In this document: positions 1 through 12,631 of the stretch, piece by piece
Layout: the number at the start of each line of letters is the position of its first letter
Position numbering within the stretch: the first letter of the stretch is position 1
Assembly: GCA_951406725.2 (NCBI GenBank)
Contig: OX597827.1
Location: 71,300,001 to 71,364,000 of the forward strand
Length of the DNA: 64,000 nt
Reading direction: 5' to 3'
From: Octopus vulgaris
Lineage: Eukaryota
The notes under the pieces: model-generated
The model's database searches: none
Seen by the model: the letters and a program-made list of their open reading frames with translations, nothing else
What the model was told of the DNA's origin: nothing
Program-made: the position numbers and the translations under genes

Positions 1-246
1 ACACACCACCATCAGTTGTCAAGCGATGTTGGTGAGACAAACACAAACCCACAAACATATACACACATATATATACATATACATATATACGACGGGCTTC
101 TTTCAGTTTCCGTCTACCAAATCCACTCACAAGGCTTTGGTCGGCCCGAGGCTATAGTAGAAGACACTTGCCCAAGGTGCCATGCAGTGGGACTGAACCC
201 GGAACCATGTGGTTAGTAAGCAAGCTACTTACCACACAGCCACCCC

Positions 247-288
<42 letters not shown>

Positions 289-1353
289 AATACAGACTGA
301 TTTGATGAGGAGAGTAGAATGGAGGAGGGGGGAGGAACTAAACAACAAAGAAAGGGAGAAAGAACATTGTCACTTACGTAGCAATATGAATATCCAACCG
401 GACTTTGCACAACATTAAAAACAAGGCAGAGAGCTGGTCTGTTGTATAATTTGGTCTGTGAAATGAAAGAAAAGATTAGATTAGAAGACAAGTAGAAGGA
501 GAAAAGAAAAAAAAAAACCCAACAACATTTCCAACCATGGTTCCAAAATATCTGTAGCATCACAAGTAGTGTGCAGATCATACAAGGTGAGGTGATACTC
601 CCTGAAGGAGGGCATCAAAATCATTTTAGCAGATTATTATTTTGCTATGAACCATCCTCACCTTTCACATTCTCATGAGAAACAAAATATAAGGTGTGAA
701 TTCAAATCGAGTCAAAGTGTGACAAACTGACAATAATATATATATATATATATATTATTTAATAAACAATACATGTATTTATGTGATACTATTAGTTTCA
801 TGAGAGCATGCCAAATTGTTCTTAAAACGTTTGTGTCTGATGATTGTGCTAAGACACCAGATATGTTAAAAACACTGTCTGGCATGTTTCCAGCACATGA
901 AACTAATAGTAGCAAATACATACACATATTGTGTTTATTAAATAATATTTATCTCTCACCAGATGGAGTACTTTTCAAGGAACAGTGCATTATATATATA
1001 TATATATATATATGTATGTTCTTATATTTAGTTATGGTGGAACAAAACAGAAAGCAGGTCACTGCTGTGAGCAGATGAGGAGTTGAGGAATGTAAATATT
1101 ACTGGAGATAAGAAGCAATTGAAATGCTGTGGCCTGATTGGTTGGTAAGGAAAACTTGTCACATGATTAATCAAATCTTAGCTGGTTAATGACTATTACA
1201 GCACATTCATAAAAAAAATATCAAATATAAATGTTTTTCAGGTTAAGAAGATTATCATCAACTGTGTTCTGATTGGTCAGTTACACAGAGCGATTGTCAT
1301 GGAATTATAATTTATATTTGCAACAACAAATACTGTGATTAGTACTCACTCAC

Positions 1354-1572
1354 CTTGAGTCAAGGACAAAGCTTAACACGGAAAGGACGTAAACCAAACC
1401 AGTGCTGTTAAACTGTGCTTTATCATCAGATTTCCTGAGTTTCGGGGCCGATGCAGAATCTTGTGACACTTTAAGCTGCACAGAATCATCATTGCTGGGA
1501 GATGATGCTGTGGTGCTTGATTTGTCTTGCTTCGTTTGCTTACAATTTGTGTTGATGGGTTTTTGCAGAGCC
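1354..1572 (-). CDS. SLF2: SLF2-like exon 14 (ALQKPIN...FNSTGLVYVLSVLSFVLDS); gene probably continues beyond the window
   Basis: TCTCCTCCTCAG acceptor, AG|GTGAGT donor, 219 nt, phase 2 to 2, open frame. Confidence 0.85.
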
Positions 1573-1597
1573 CTGAGGAGGAGAAATACAACCTTAA

Positions 1598-1815
1598 CCC
1601 TTTAGTGTTCAGATTACTCTGTTAAATGTAATACATTCTCACTCAAATTGTTTTGAATTAATCATGCATTATCTTATAGTTTTGAGGTTTCAATGATGTG
1701 ATTGTTTATTTTTAGAATGTCAATGTAGGTTAGGTGTGAGATGCCAGATCTAGCCAGTTTGAATATAAAACATAGAATATTTGGGCCAGATATAGCCAGT
1801 TTAAACACTAAAGGG
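1598..1815. mobile_element. piggyBac-like MITE
   Basis: TTAA/TTGA flanks and CCCTTTAGTGTT...AACACTAAAGGG terminal inverted repeats; related copies near 12238-12450 and 14900-15108. Confidence 0.7.
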
Positions 1816-2888
1816 TTGATTTATAAAACAAGTAAGGTCAGATTATGCCAGATCTTAATTGTTATTCATCTGTAATATGTAAACCAAACTAGGACAATGC
1901 GTTATATGGTCAGAGGCTAAGCTGTACTTTACCCACTGGGTGAAAAAGGGTGTACGAGTACCATCATCATCATCATTTAATGTTCATTTTCCTATGTTCA
2001 TATAGTTCAGATGGAATTTGTTGGAGCAGATTTTTCCACGGCTGGATGCCCTACCTGTCACCAACCCTCACCTGTTTCCGAGCAAGGTAATACTTCACCA
2101 GGGTCAGATATGCTTCCCGTAGAAGATTGGAAACAAAATAGGCAATGAGCTGGCAGAAACGTTAGCACGCCGGGCAAAATGCTTAGCGGTATTTCGTCTG
2201 CCATTATGTTCTGAGTTCAAATTCTGCCGAGGTCGATTTTGCCTTTTATCCTCTCGAGGTTGATAAATTAAGTACCAGTTACACACTGAGGTCAATGTAA
2301 TCAACTTAATCCCTTTGTCTGTCCCGTCTATGTTTAGCCTCTTGTGGGCAATAAAGAAATAAGAAGATTGGAAACAAAGAGTATTACTTGTATGATGGAG
2401 ATATTCAAGACAAGTGTACACACACACACACACACACACACAAAGCAGGCAATGTTTCTACAGCTAGATACCCTTCCTAACCCCAACCACTCCAAAAGCA
2501 CCCACTACACTCTCGGAGTGGTTGCCATAAGGAAGGGCATCCAGCTGTAGAAACATTGCCGGACCAGACTGGAGCCTGGTGCAGCCGCTGGTTTCCAGAC
2601 CTCAATCAAACCGTCCAACCCATACCAGCATGGAAAACGGACGTTAAACAATGATGATGATGAATTATTAGTGACAAAAGTAGTATTAATAACAAAAGAT
2701 AATATTTATCCCTGCTTAAAAGTGGATGTTGTGTTAGAACACATGATACTGTGATAGTTTTCTGGTGCATAGTAACACTCTCGTTTACACTGCCAGCGGG
2801 AGATAAATCATGCCCTTCGCCATTTTAGATAAATGTTTATAAATAAGCAATTTTTACATGTCATGTACAAAACCCATGGCATAACATT

Positions 2889-3538
2889 GGATCTTTACCT
2901 TTTGACCTACAGATTTTAAAAATAATTTTTTGTAACTAAACACTTTCAAACTTCGGACACTAGTAGAATGTGTCATACAAAATATCTTTTACTCTTAGTG
3001 TTTTTGAGAAAAGCTTATATTTACAAAGTTATTTCACGTTAAAGTTGTCGTATTTCAGTAATTTCAACCAATCAATGATGTGTACTCAGCTGAATAAAAT
3101 TACTGCCGTTGTTTGTCAACAACTATTGACAGAGTATATTTAATTTTTCATTGTTATTTACGACATCGTTCGTGCGTTTGTACTGGTTTTAGCTTTAAGG
3201 TTTTAGGGTTAGGGTTCTAGGGTTATGGTTTTAGGGTTAGGATTTTAGGGTTAGGGTTGTCATAAATAACAGTGACAAACGAAAAATACACTGCCGGAAG
3301 TTCTTGTTGACACACAACAGCAGTAATTTTATTCAGCTGAATACACGTCGTTGATTGGTTGAAATTACCGAAATACAACAACTTTAACATGAAATAACTT
3401 CCTAAATATAATTTTTTCTCAAAAACGCTAAGAGTAAAAGATGTTTTATATGACACTTTTAACCAGTGTCCGAAGTTTGAAAGTGTTTAGTTCCAAAAAA
3501 TTATTTTAAAAATCTGTTGGTCAAAAGGTAAAGGATCC
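2889..3538. mobile_element. Foldback/long-TIR MITE with telomere-like core
   Basis: About 275-bp imperfect inverted arms (GGATCTTTACCTTTTGACC... / ...GGTCAAAAGGTAAAGGATCC) around a TTAGGG/TTTTAGGG-rich spacer. Confidence 0.85.
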
Positions 3539-3568
3539 GAAGATTCTAGTAGAGACGGAATTACTTAC

Positions 3569-3626
3569 CCAAGTGGTAGGGAACGAAGAAACGCTTGGTT
3601 GGGCACAAGGTCATGTACTGGAGCAC
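3569..3626 (-). CDS. SLF2: SLF2-like exon 13 (GAPVHDLVPNQAFLRSLPLG)
   Basis: CTTGCTCTAG acceptor, G|GTAAGT donor, 58 nt, phase 1 to 2. Confidence 0.85.
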
Positions 3627-4091
3627 CTAGAGCAAGTAGATAAAGATCGTAAGAAGAAGAAGAGTCAATGAATATTCATTCAATGTACTCACACACGTCC
3701 CCTCCATCACCATGAGCACAAAAAACACACCCATACACAATCATCATTTCAATGTCCACTTTACAATACTTGTATGGGTCAGACGGAATTTATTGAGGCA
3801 GATTTTTTGCAGCTGGATGCCCTTCCTGTTGCCAACCCTCACCCTGTTTCCCAGCAAGGTGATATTTCCCCATGGCAAGACATGTTTCTGCAGAATATTG
3901 GAAATGAATGATGCTCATCTCCTAATATGATAATAAGCATAGTGTGTTTAAATATTTGTGTGTGTGTGTGTGTATATATATATGTTATATTTTGTGAAAT
4001 TTGATTTAGTATTTTTAAATTGAATTTTTCCCTGTAAGTTTGGAATAATATTCCCTCTTATTATTATTATTATTATTATTATAATATATAT

Positions 4092-4132
<41 letters not shown>

Positions 4133-5167
4133 TTTCCAGAATCATGTCAAATGCAGAGGGGAAAAGAAAATAGTAATTCAGTGAAGGAGAAGTAGTGAGA
4201 GCAGTAGCCCTGACTGAGAAGGAGTGAGAAATAGTAATAGCAGTGAGAGAAAGGAAGGGGTGAAATGAAAAATCAGTGTTACAATTCTGTGTGAGCATAT
4301 GTGTGTATGTGCGCGTGTACAAGAGAAATATGTGAATGTTTGTATGTGTGATTTATTTTGTACCTTATCTCTATATAAAATACTACAATTAGCTGACACA
4401 GGGCCAGCTAGTTTTCAATAACCACATATCGACACATTCATACACACACCTGCACCTACTCAGTCAATATATTCTTTTACTGGTTAGAGTCACTGGATTG
4501 TGGCCAAGCTGGAGCATTGCCCTCACAGTTTTAATTGATTGCATCAATTGCAGTGCTTTTGTTTGCTACTTATTTGCCCAACTCTCTAATATTTCCATCA
4601 ATCTACTGGCTTTACACTGGTTAATGTTACTTACCCCATCAACCAGCTTAACAACAGTACCTGCTATCCTAGGTACCGTGATTGATCATTCAGGCCCAGT
4701 CAAGCCTCCACTTCAAAAGGTACATTACTCATGCCCTCTCAGTCATAAAATAATTTTAAACACTACTTTATATGCACACACACACACAAACACCCCATTT
4801 ATTACAAAGAGGAATCTCAACATGCTAGAAATAGCAGCCAAATCTGCCACTGTCTCATCCGAGAAAAGGATGTGATGGGTAACGAGGTCCCATGTCCTCT
4901 GCACTTAGGGAAATGATTGGAAGGGTTACACAAGCATAGTGAGAAGTCTGCTTCCCAACTGCATGGTTCTGGGTTCAGTCCTACTGCAGGACCTCCTGGA
5001 CAAATGTCTTCTACACTAGCCTTGGGCAGACCAAACTCGTGAGTGGATTTGGTAGAGAGAAACTGAAAAAAAAGCTCATTGTGTATATATATTTATATAT
5101 GTATGTGTGTGTGTGTATGTGTGTGTCTACGTGTGTGCATTGTTGTTGCTGTTTGTTCATTCTCAAA

Positions 5168-5445
5168 CCAGGGCTGGCTCATAGGGGCCAGTTTCCTGGT
5201 TTCATTGGCGTATAGGTTCTCCACCTGGATGGGACGCTGGTCTGTTGCAGGTGAGCTGCAAGATGCAGGAGGAAAGAATGAGAAGAAAGTTGTGGCGAAA
5301 GAGTCAGCAGAAGTTCGCCATTACCTTCTGTTGGATCCACATAGAGCTTTGGTGTTTTGCTTATAAACACACACATCGCCCGGTCTGGAATTCGAACCTG
5401 TGATCCTTCGACTGCAAGTCCACTGCTCTAACCACTAGGCCATAT
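5168..5445 (-). mobile_element. tRNA-derived SINE (minor family)
   Basis: Minus strand has A box TGGCCTAGTGG and B box GGTTCGAATTCC followed by a non-tRNA body; related copy at about 15190-15470. Confidence 0.7.
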
Positions 5446-5994
5446 GTGTGTGAGTCTGTGTGTCTTTGTCTCCATGCCACTGCTTGACAACTGGTGTTGG
5501 TTTGTTTATGTCCCAGTAGTTTAGCAGTATGGCAAAAAGAGAGTCAATAGCACCAGGCTTAAAATAAGTAAGTACTAGGGTAAATTTTGTTGACTAAATT
5601 CTTCAAAGCAGAGCCCCAGCATAGCTGCGGTCTAACAACTGAGACAAAATACATAGATGGAATAATGTCTTTGATAATAAGTCTGCTCAATCAGACTAGA
5701 CTGATAGTTAAACAACAGGCCTTTTCATGAGTCACAAGATCTGCTAGAAATAGCAGTCATAGCAACCTCAAAACACAATATCATCTCAAATATAGCAGCC
5801 TCAAAACACAATATCTTAAATACAAAAGAAAAAAAAAACACATTACATAATGTAATCCAACACGACCATTAAAAGGTGGAAAGGCCATGTCTGGAATACC
5901 TGATAAGAATAAGCCAGGAACTAAATAACAACATGCCTTTCTGACAAAGGAAAAAAGTTTTTGAAAAAAAGAAGAAAAATAATGTGCTACTCAC

Positions 5995-6138
5995 CATAGT
6001 TTATGAATATGCGCAATATATCTGCAATGTCTGGTGCCCACGTGTTTTTCGTCCGGGAAGATGAGAGTTGTAGCTGGATTGCATTCAGTATGATCTGATA
6101 ACATGCTTCACTCACCGAGATGTCATTGTGAATAGACA
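5995..6138 (-). CDS. SLF2: SLF2-like exon 12 (MSIHNDISVSEACYQIIL...WAPDIADILRIFINYG)
   Basis: TTATTTGTAG acceptor, G|GTGAGT donor, 144 nt; WxPxxxDxxxxFxNxG motif as in the SLF2/FAM178 (CANIN) domain. Confidence 0.9.
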
Positions 6139-6796
6139 CTACAAATAAGAGATGGAATTAAGAGCCTGGAGGCAGCTATGATGAGAACGAGTGAGAGTGA
6201 GCGTGTATAAATGTATAAATATATACATTTATACATCACTAACCATCAGCATAAAAAAACCCCACAAAAACAAAAAAAAATAAAACGCCATGACATGGAA
6301 GCTTCTATGTGGTCAATTGGCGAGCAAGAAATAACAGCCAAATTTACATCAAAGTACACCCTGCCATCCTACAAAAAGGGATACTTTAGCTAATACAGTC
6401 AAGAGTACGCTATTCCTGAAAACTAAGATGGGATGGTCATGGCTTGACTGCTTTTGATCATAGGATTACTGCTCTAAAACACCCATTATCACTACTATCT
6501 GCTTTTTGACACCACCAGACATTACCACTCGTCTCCATCTTTTTGAGGTCTGATATGTAATAAGATCTGACCCAACCACTTTCCCTGTCTTTTGTTATTT
6601 GTCCAGTCATGGTTCCATCTATAATCTAGCCTAGTTGTTCCCAGCCTTTTCATTTCCAAGGACCCGTTTTATCTAAGTGAATTTCCCAACATACAAAGGC
6701 TCCCAAACTCCTGAATTGGGTCAGTCCCCTTGATAAGCTGATTTTATTAACCAATATCAAACTTGTTTTCTTCATTTCATCTCTCATCTGTAAACT

Positions 6797-7300
6797 ACAT
6801 CATCATCATCATCATCATCGTTTAATGTCTGTTCTCCATGCTAGCATGGGTTGGACGGTTCGACCGAGGATCTGGGAAGCCAGAAGGCTGCACCAGGCTC
6901 CAGTCTTATCTGGCAATGTTTCTACAGCTGGATGCCCTTCCTAACGCCAACCACTCCGTGAGTGTAGTGGGTGCTTTTTACGTGCCACCTGCACAGGTGC
7001 CAGGTGAGGCTGGCAACGGCCACGGTCGGATTGGTGTATTTTATGTGCCACCGGCACGGAAGCCAGTCGAGGCGGTGCTGGCATCGGCCACGAGTCGGAT
7101 AGTGCTTTTTACGTGCTGGCATCGGCCACGAGTCGGATAGTGCTTTCTACATACCACCAGACCAGGGATCCTGGCTGGTTCAATTCGATTTCGATTTCGC
7201 TTGCCCCAACATGTCTTCACAAGCAAAGGGGGTTGGCATGGGTGCCTGTCGTACGGTCGGATTGGAGTATTTTACGTGCCACCGGCACAGAAGCCAGTGG
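6797..7300 (-). mobile_element. SINE-like element with (GAT)n tail and internal tandem units (probably RTE-mobilised)
   Basis: Shared block GGCGTTAGGAAGGGCATCCAGCTGTAGAAAC and tail GGACGTTAAACGATGATGATG; further copies near 10235, 20640, 24375, 29611, 35720, 37000, 42090, 44630, 48465, 61950 and 63630. RTE link is inferred. Confidence 0.8.
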
Positions 7301-8755
7301 AAGCGTGACTCATTAATTCTACAATTTACACGACAGCCTTTTAAAATCTCAAAATGGGTGTAGATGCAGCTGTGTGGTAGGAAGTTTGGTAAGAAGGCGG
7401 TGAGCTGGCAGAAACGCTAGCATGCCAGGTGAAATGCTTAGTGGTATTTCGTCTGCCGCTACGTTCTGAGTTCAAATTCCAGCGAGGTCAACTTTGCCTT
7501 TCATCCTTTCGGGGATCGTTAAATTAAGTACCAGTTGCGTCCTGGGTCGATCTAATCGACTGCCCGCCTCCCCAAAACTTTTGGGCCTTGTGCCTAGAGG
7601 AGAAAAGAATATTAATATTTTGCTGAGATTCTACATTTGGTTCCTTCTACTTGAATCCAGGAATTCCTTCTGCAATGTGAATTTTTTTGTATTTAAGGGA
7701 AACGACGAATTTGTTTTTTCATTGAATTCATTCGTACGGTTATGATTACTTGACTGCACAGCCTATTATATAGCGTGCATAAGGCGGTGAGCTGGCAGAA
7801 ACGTTAGCATGCTGGGCGAAATGCTAAGCAGTATTTTGTCTACCGTTACGTTCCGAGTTCAAATTCCGCTGAGGTCGACTTTGCCTTTCATCCTTTCGGG
7901 GTTGATTAAATAAGTACAAGTTATGCACTGGGGACGATGTAATTGACTCAATCCGTTTGTTTGTCCTTGTTCGTCTCCTCTGCGTTTAGCCCCTTGTGGG
8001 TAGAAAAGAAATAGGTATTTCATCTACTGCTACATTCTGAGTTCAAATTCCGCTGAGGTCGACTTTGCCTTTCATCCTTTCGGGGTTGATTAAATAAGTA
8101 TCAGTTACACACTGGGGTCGAAATAATCGACTTAATCTGTTTGTCTGGCCTTGCTTGTCTCCTCTGTGTGTAGCCCCTTGTGGGCAATAAAGAAATAAGA
8201 AGTTTGCTTCCTAGCCACATGGTTCTGGGTTCAGCCCCACTGCATGGCACCTCATATAAGTGTCTTCTGTTATAGTCCTAAGGTCAATCAAAGCCTTGAG
8301 TGGGTTTTGTAGACAGAAACTTATGTGTGGGTGCTTGTGTGTGTGTGTGTGTGTGTGTGCGCACACGTGCTCCTTTGTGTTTGTTCCCTATCAGTACTTG
8401 GTAACTAGTTATGTTCCCATAAGCTGGCAGTTCGGCAATAAAGGCTGATAGAATAAATAACACGCTTAAAAAATAACTACTGGGGTCAAGTCATTCAATG
8501 GAAACCCTTCGAGGTGGTACCCCAGCATGGCCATAGTGCAATGACTGAAACAAATAAAAAAGGATAAAAAAAAAAGTATGTGAATCAGAGAAGGGAATAT
8601 GCAGGATAAAATAATTCACTGATCCCTCCTGTATTTTCTTTTACCCAAAGCCAGGAACTTTTTCAGTACCCCGCCCCACCGATAGAGGAGGTAATCTAGG
8701 ATTTAAAAAAAAATAATACAAAAAGGAAGTAAAATAGAATTCAGTGGGTACCTAC

Positions 8756-8857
8756 TTAAGAAGAACAGCCATCGAAGGACCAAATTTTTGTTGGATACGG
8801 CATACCATACAATGCGCAGGATATCAGACTTCAAGATGAATTCCAGCTGCTCAGTAC
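8756..8857 (-). CDS. SLF2: SLF2-like exon 11 (GTEQLEFILKSDIL...VLRWLFFL)
   Basis: CTTCTCAG acceptor, GTAGGT donor, 102 nt; joins exon 12 to give VLRWLFFLMSIH, matching the VLxWLFxxMSVH hallmark of the family. Confidence 0.9.
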
Positions 8858-8929
8858 CTGAGAAGATTCCAATGAATTAAGTGAAGAGTATGTCAAAGAG
8901 TGAACAAAACTTCATTTGATGACACACAT

Positions 8930-9162
8930 AGAAAGAAAGGAAGGAAGGAAGGAAGGAAGAAAGGAAGAAGGAAAGCAAGAAGGAAGGAAAGAAAGAGGGA
9001 AGGAAAGAAAGGAAAGAAAGAAAGAAAGAAAGAAGAAAAGAAAGAAGGAAAGAAAGAAGGAATGAAAGAAAGGAAAGAAGGAAGGAAAGAAAGCAGGAAA
9101 GAAACAAAGAAGGAAAGAAAGAAAGAAAGAGAGAAAGAAGGAAGGAAAGAAAGAAAGAGCAA
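8930..9162. repeat. (GAAA/GGAA)n polypurine microsatellite
   Basis: About 230 nt of almost pure A/G. Confidence 0.95.
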
Positions 9163-9332
9163 GTGAGCGAACTCAGCCACTCACTCATTCACCCACGGCC
9201 ACCACCCTGCTATTTCCTCTCTCACTCTTACTAACATCTTTATCCTTTCCTTCTTTCAGTCATAAGACTGCGGGTACCACCTTGACAAATTTTTCAGTCA
9301 AACAAACTGACTCCAGTACATATTCTTTTAAA

Positions 9333-9554
9333 ACCCTTTTGTTCCCATATTTATTTTGAGATGCTCTGTGTTTCTTTCAATTAATTTTAAATATAACAAA
9401 GAATTTAGTAAAATAACTTAGTTATCATTAAGCTAGTGTTAGGGACATAAATTGTGACTAAGGTTCAGTGGAAGATTTTAATTCAAAACTTATGAAGACA
9501 AGACATTTGTACTCAGAGCCAGAGCTCGTTTCAGCTGGGTTGGTATCAAAAGGG
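9333..9554. mobile_element. piggyBac-like MITE, second family
   Basis: CCCTTTTG...CAAAAGGG/TTAA ends; partial copy at 9583-9700; another copy at about 42595-43212 is split by a SINE. Confidence 0.7.
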
Positions 9555-9807
9555 TTAAGAATTGTTTCCCTATAATATATTTTAACCCTTTCATTACTGT
9601 ATTTATTTTGAGATGCTCTGTGTTTCTTTCAATTAATTTTAAATATAACAAAGAATTTAGTAAAATACCTTGGTTATCATTCAGCTAGTTTTAGGAACAT
9701 AACACTAGCTTAAAGACCTCTTCACCTCACACACAAGAACACACATACTACACCACAAAAATACAGCAAACCATTAATGTGAAACCCCGTCCCCTCCGGC
9801 AGCTCAC

Positions 9808-9970
9808 CTTCTGTGTTTGCCAGTGTATTGTCTATTTTACTGTTCCCAGGCAGAAACTTTATATGGCTGAGTTGCAGGTCAGAGTTGAAGAGGCAACAAT
9901 AATTGGAGGCTTCAAACAGTGTCTCCCATGGTGGTAGTTCGTTAATGTTGTGCTGTGGGAAATTGCTCAG
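9808..9970 (-). CDS. SLF2: SLF2-like exon 10 (LSNFPQHNINELPPWETLF...NTE)
   Basis: TTATTTCAG acceptor, AG|GTGAGC donor, 163 nt; resembles the I-x-x-x-x-P-x-E-x-I/L-F...F-N segment of SLF2. Confidence 0.88.
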
Positions 9971-12593
9971 CTGAAATAAGAAAGATCAAAGTATTTTGAG
10001 ACAACAAGAATGTGTGTGTGTTTGTGTGTGTGCATGTGTTATGGAGAAATAACAGGTGTTGGCATATATTTTTAGCATGGTTTTATAGCTATAGAGTAGG
10101 ATGAGTTTCTCAATATGACATATAATTATATAATTTATAGATGTAACAGTAGATACATAGCTGTGGCATTAGCAGTGCCCCACAACCTTTTTCCACTTGA
10201 GGTACACTTACATTCTTTTCAAAATTCACCAGCACATCATCATCGTTTAACGTCTGCTTTCCATGCTAGCATGGGTTGGACGGTTCTACCGGGGTCTGGG
10301 AAGCCAGGAGGCTGCACCAGGCCCAGTCTGATCTGGCAGTGTTTCTACAGCTGGATGCCTTTCCTAACGCCAACCACTCCGTGAGTGTAGTGGGTGCATT
10401 TTACGTGCCACCGGTACAGGTGCTAGGTGAGGCTGGCAATGGCCACAATCGGTTGGTGCTTCTTGCATGCCATCTTGCATGCCATCTTGCATGCCACAGA
10501 GGCCAGTTGATGCGGCGCTGGCAACAGCCACATTCGGATGGTTCTTTTATGTGCCACTGGCACTGGTATCACAGAACTAAAAATATAACTAAAGATATAG
10601 GGAAAAAAATTATATTCAGATTACACTGCGGCACACCTAGCATTGTCTTGTGGCACACCAGTGTGCCATGGCATACCGGTTGCAGAGCACTGACATTAAT
10701 AAGGGTAATATGAGTTTATAGATATGTAGTGGGAATATGTATTCAGTATCAGGTGTTGATATGGCTGCGTGTATGTTATTACAAGAATTCTTATGGAGAA
10801 GAAGAATAAATTCAAGACCTATATACTCTTTTATGTTTCAGTCACTTGACTGCAGCCACGCTGGAGCATTGCCTTTAGTCGAACAAATCAACCACAGGAC
10901 TTATTCTTTGTAAGCCTAGTACTTATTCTTTCGGTCTGTTTTGCCGAATTGCTAAGTTATGGGAACGTAAACACACCAGCATCGGTTGTCAAGCGATGTT
11001 GGGGGGACAAACACAGACACACGAACATATACACACACATGCATACAAATATACAACGGGCTTCTTTCAGTTTCTACCCACCAAATCCACTCACAAGGCT
11101 TTGGTCGGCCCGAGGCTATAGTAGAAGACACTTGCCCAAGGTGTCATGCAGTGGGACTGAACCCGGAACCATGTGGTTGGTAAGCAAGCTTCTTACAACA
11201 CAGCCACTCCTGCACCTATACTACATAAAAATATATTTTATTTACTGGTCGATGATGATACATAGAATCAAAATGTAGAATCTAGTTGAACGAAATAATC
11301 TATGCAAGAAAGTTCAGAAATAGGAAATATAGAAATAACAGCTAAGTAGTGGCTTTCAGTCATGTGGCGCAGATAAATAGATGGACATAGCAATGACGTG
11401 AGTGGCTCTAAGTCTAATCGACTAAGAAGCGAGGAGCAGGGTTAGTAAGCTGTTTTTATTAATGGAACGCTAGACATTCTAGAAACTTCCAAGAGAAATG
11501 CTAAGCTTCTTGAATAATTAAGAATCACGTCTCATGACACAGATGCTTCAAGAAACTTAGAAAGGGAGGTTACTCTATAATCTTTCTTGCAAGGGAGATC
11601 ATTCAACTATCTAGCTACCGCTACATATACATCAATAATGTGGCTTTATAGATATGACTGTCATTGTTTAATGTCACCTTTTCCATGCTTGCATGGGTCA
11701 AGTAGATTTTGCTAAGGTGTATTTTCTACAATCAGATGCCCTTCCTGTCGCAAACCCTCACCTGTTTCCAAGTAAAGTGATATTTCCTAATGATCAGACA
11801 TGTCTCAGAAGACTGAAAATGAAAGACACCACATGCATAATGGTGATATTTCTTTACAACTGTCATACTATGTCAAAGAAAGGAGACAGTAACACTCACA
11901 CAAACATACATGCACACATACAAAGAGCTTCTTTCAGTTTCCTTCAACCAAATCCACTAAGGGTGCTATGCACTGGGATTGAACCTGAAATCATGTGGTT
12001 GGGAAGCAGACTTCTTATCACCATGTGCTACACCTGTAACAGCAGATTTACCTTTAATATGGGTTTATAAATATCTAGTAACGAGAGTTTACAGACACAG
12101 TTATACATGGTTTTATAGATATGACAGATTAAATAATGTACTCATAGACATGTTATGTCTTTGAAATTAGATAGAATGGTCACAGCTAGAATGCTTTGGA
12201 TCACAAGTTTGGTAAATCAGAGCTGAAATGGCATTAACCCTATAGTGTTCGCATTATTCTGCCAAAATTAATGCTTTTTCATCCAAATTGTTTTGAACTA
12301 ATCATGCATTATCTTGTAGCTTTGAGATTTTGATGGGGCAACCGTTAATTTTTAGAATGACATTGTAGGGTTGGTGTGAGAGGACAGATCTGGCCAGTTT
12401 GAGCATAAAACAGGCAGAATACTTTTGGCCGGATATGGCCGGTTTAAATGCTGAAATGGCATTAAACAGCAACAAGAACAAAAATACTTTGTTCTTCAGT
12501 TCCAAAATACAAAAATAAATAAATAAAAAAAATACATTTTTAAACAAATTTATGCCATCATAGAAAAAAAAACAGCACAAAAAACATATTTAC

Positions 12594-12631
12594 CATTTCC
12601 AGTTTCTTCTTGTGTTCTGGTAACATTCCAT
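12594..12631 (-). CDS. SLF2: SLF2-like exon 9 (DGMLPEHKKKLEM)
   Basis: CCTTACAG acceptor, G|GTAAAT donor, 38 nt; resembles the DG-L-xEH(K/R) motif of SLF2/FAM178. Confidence 0.85.

Noticed and set aside
16-216. Recurrent short ORFs (DGLLSVSVYQIHSQGFG, VFLQLDALPNANHS and similar)
   Set aside because: Chance translations of SINE consensus sequences.
300-1300. Further SLF2 exon or transposase remnant
   Set aside because: No phase-2 exon with convincing splice sites and no recognisable motif found by eye.
3185-3260. Telomere or chromosome-fusion relic
   Set aside because: Short, degenerate and enclosed by the arms of a foldback element.
8877-9188. Lys/Glu/Arg-rich and Phe/Leu/Ser-rich ORFs
   Set aside because: Translations of the GAAA/GGAA microsatellite.
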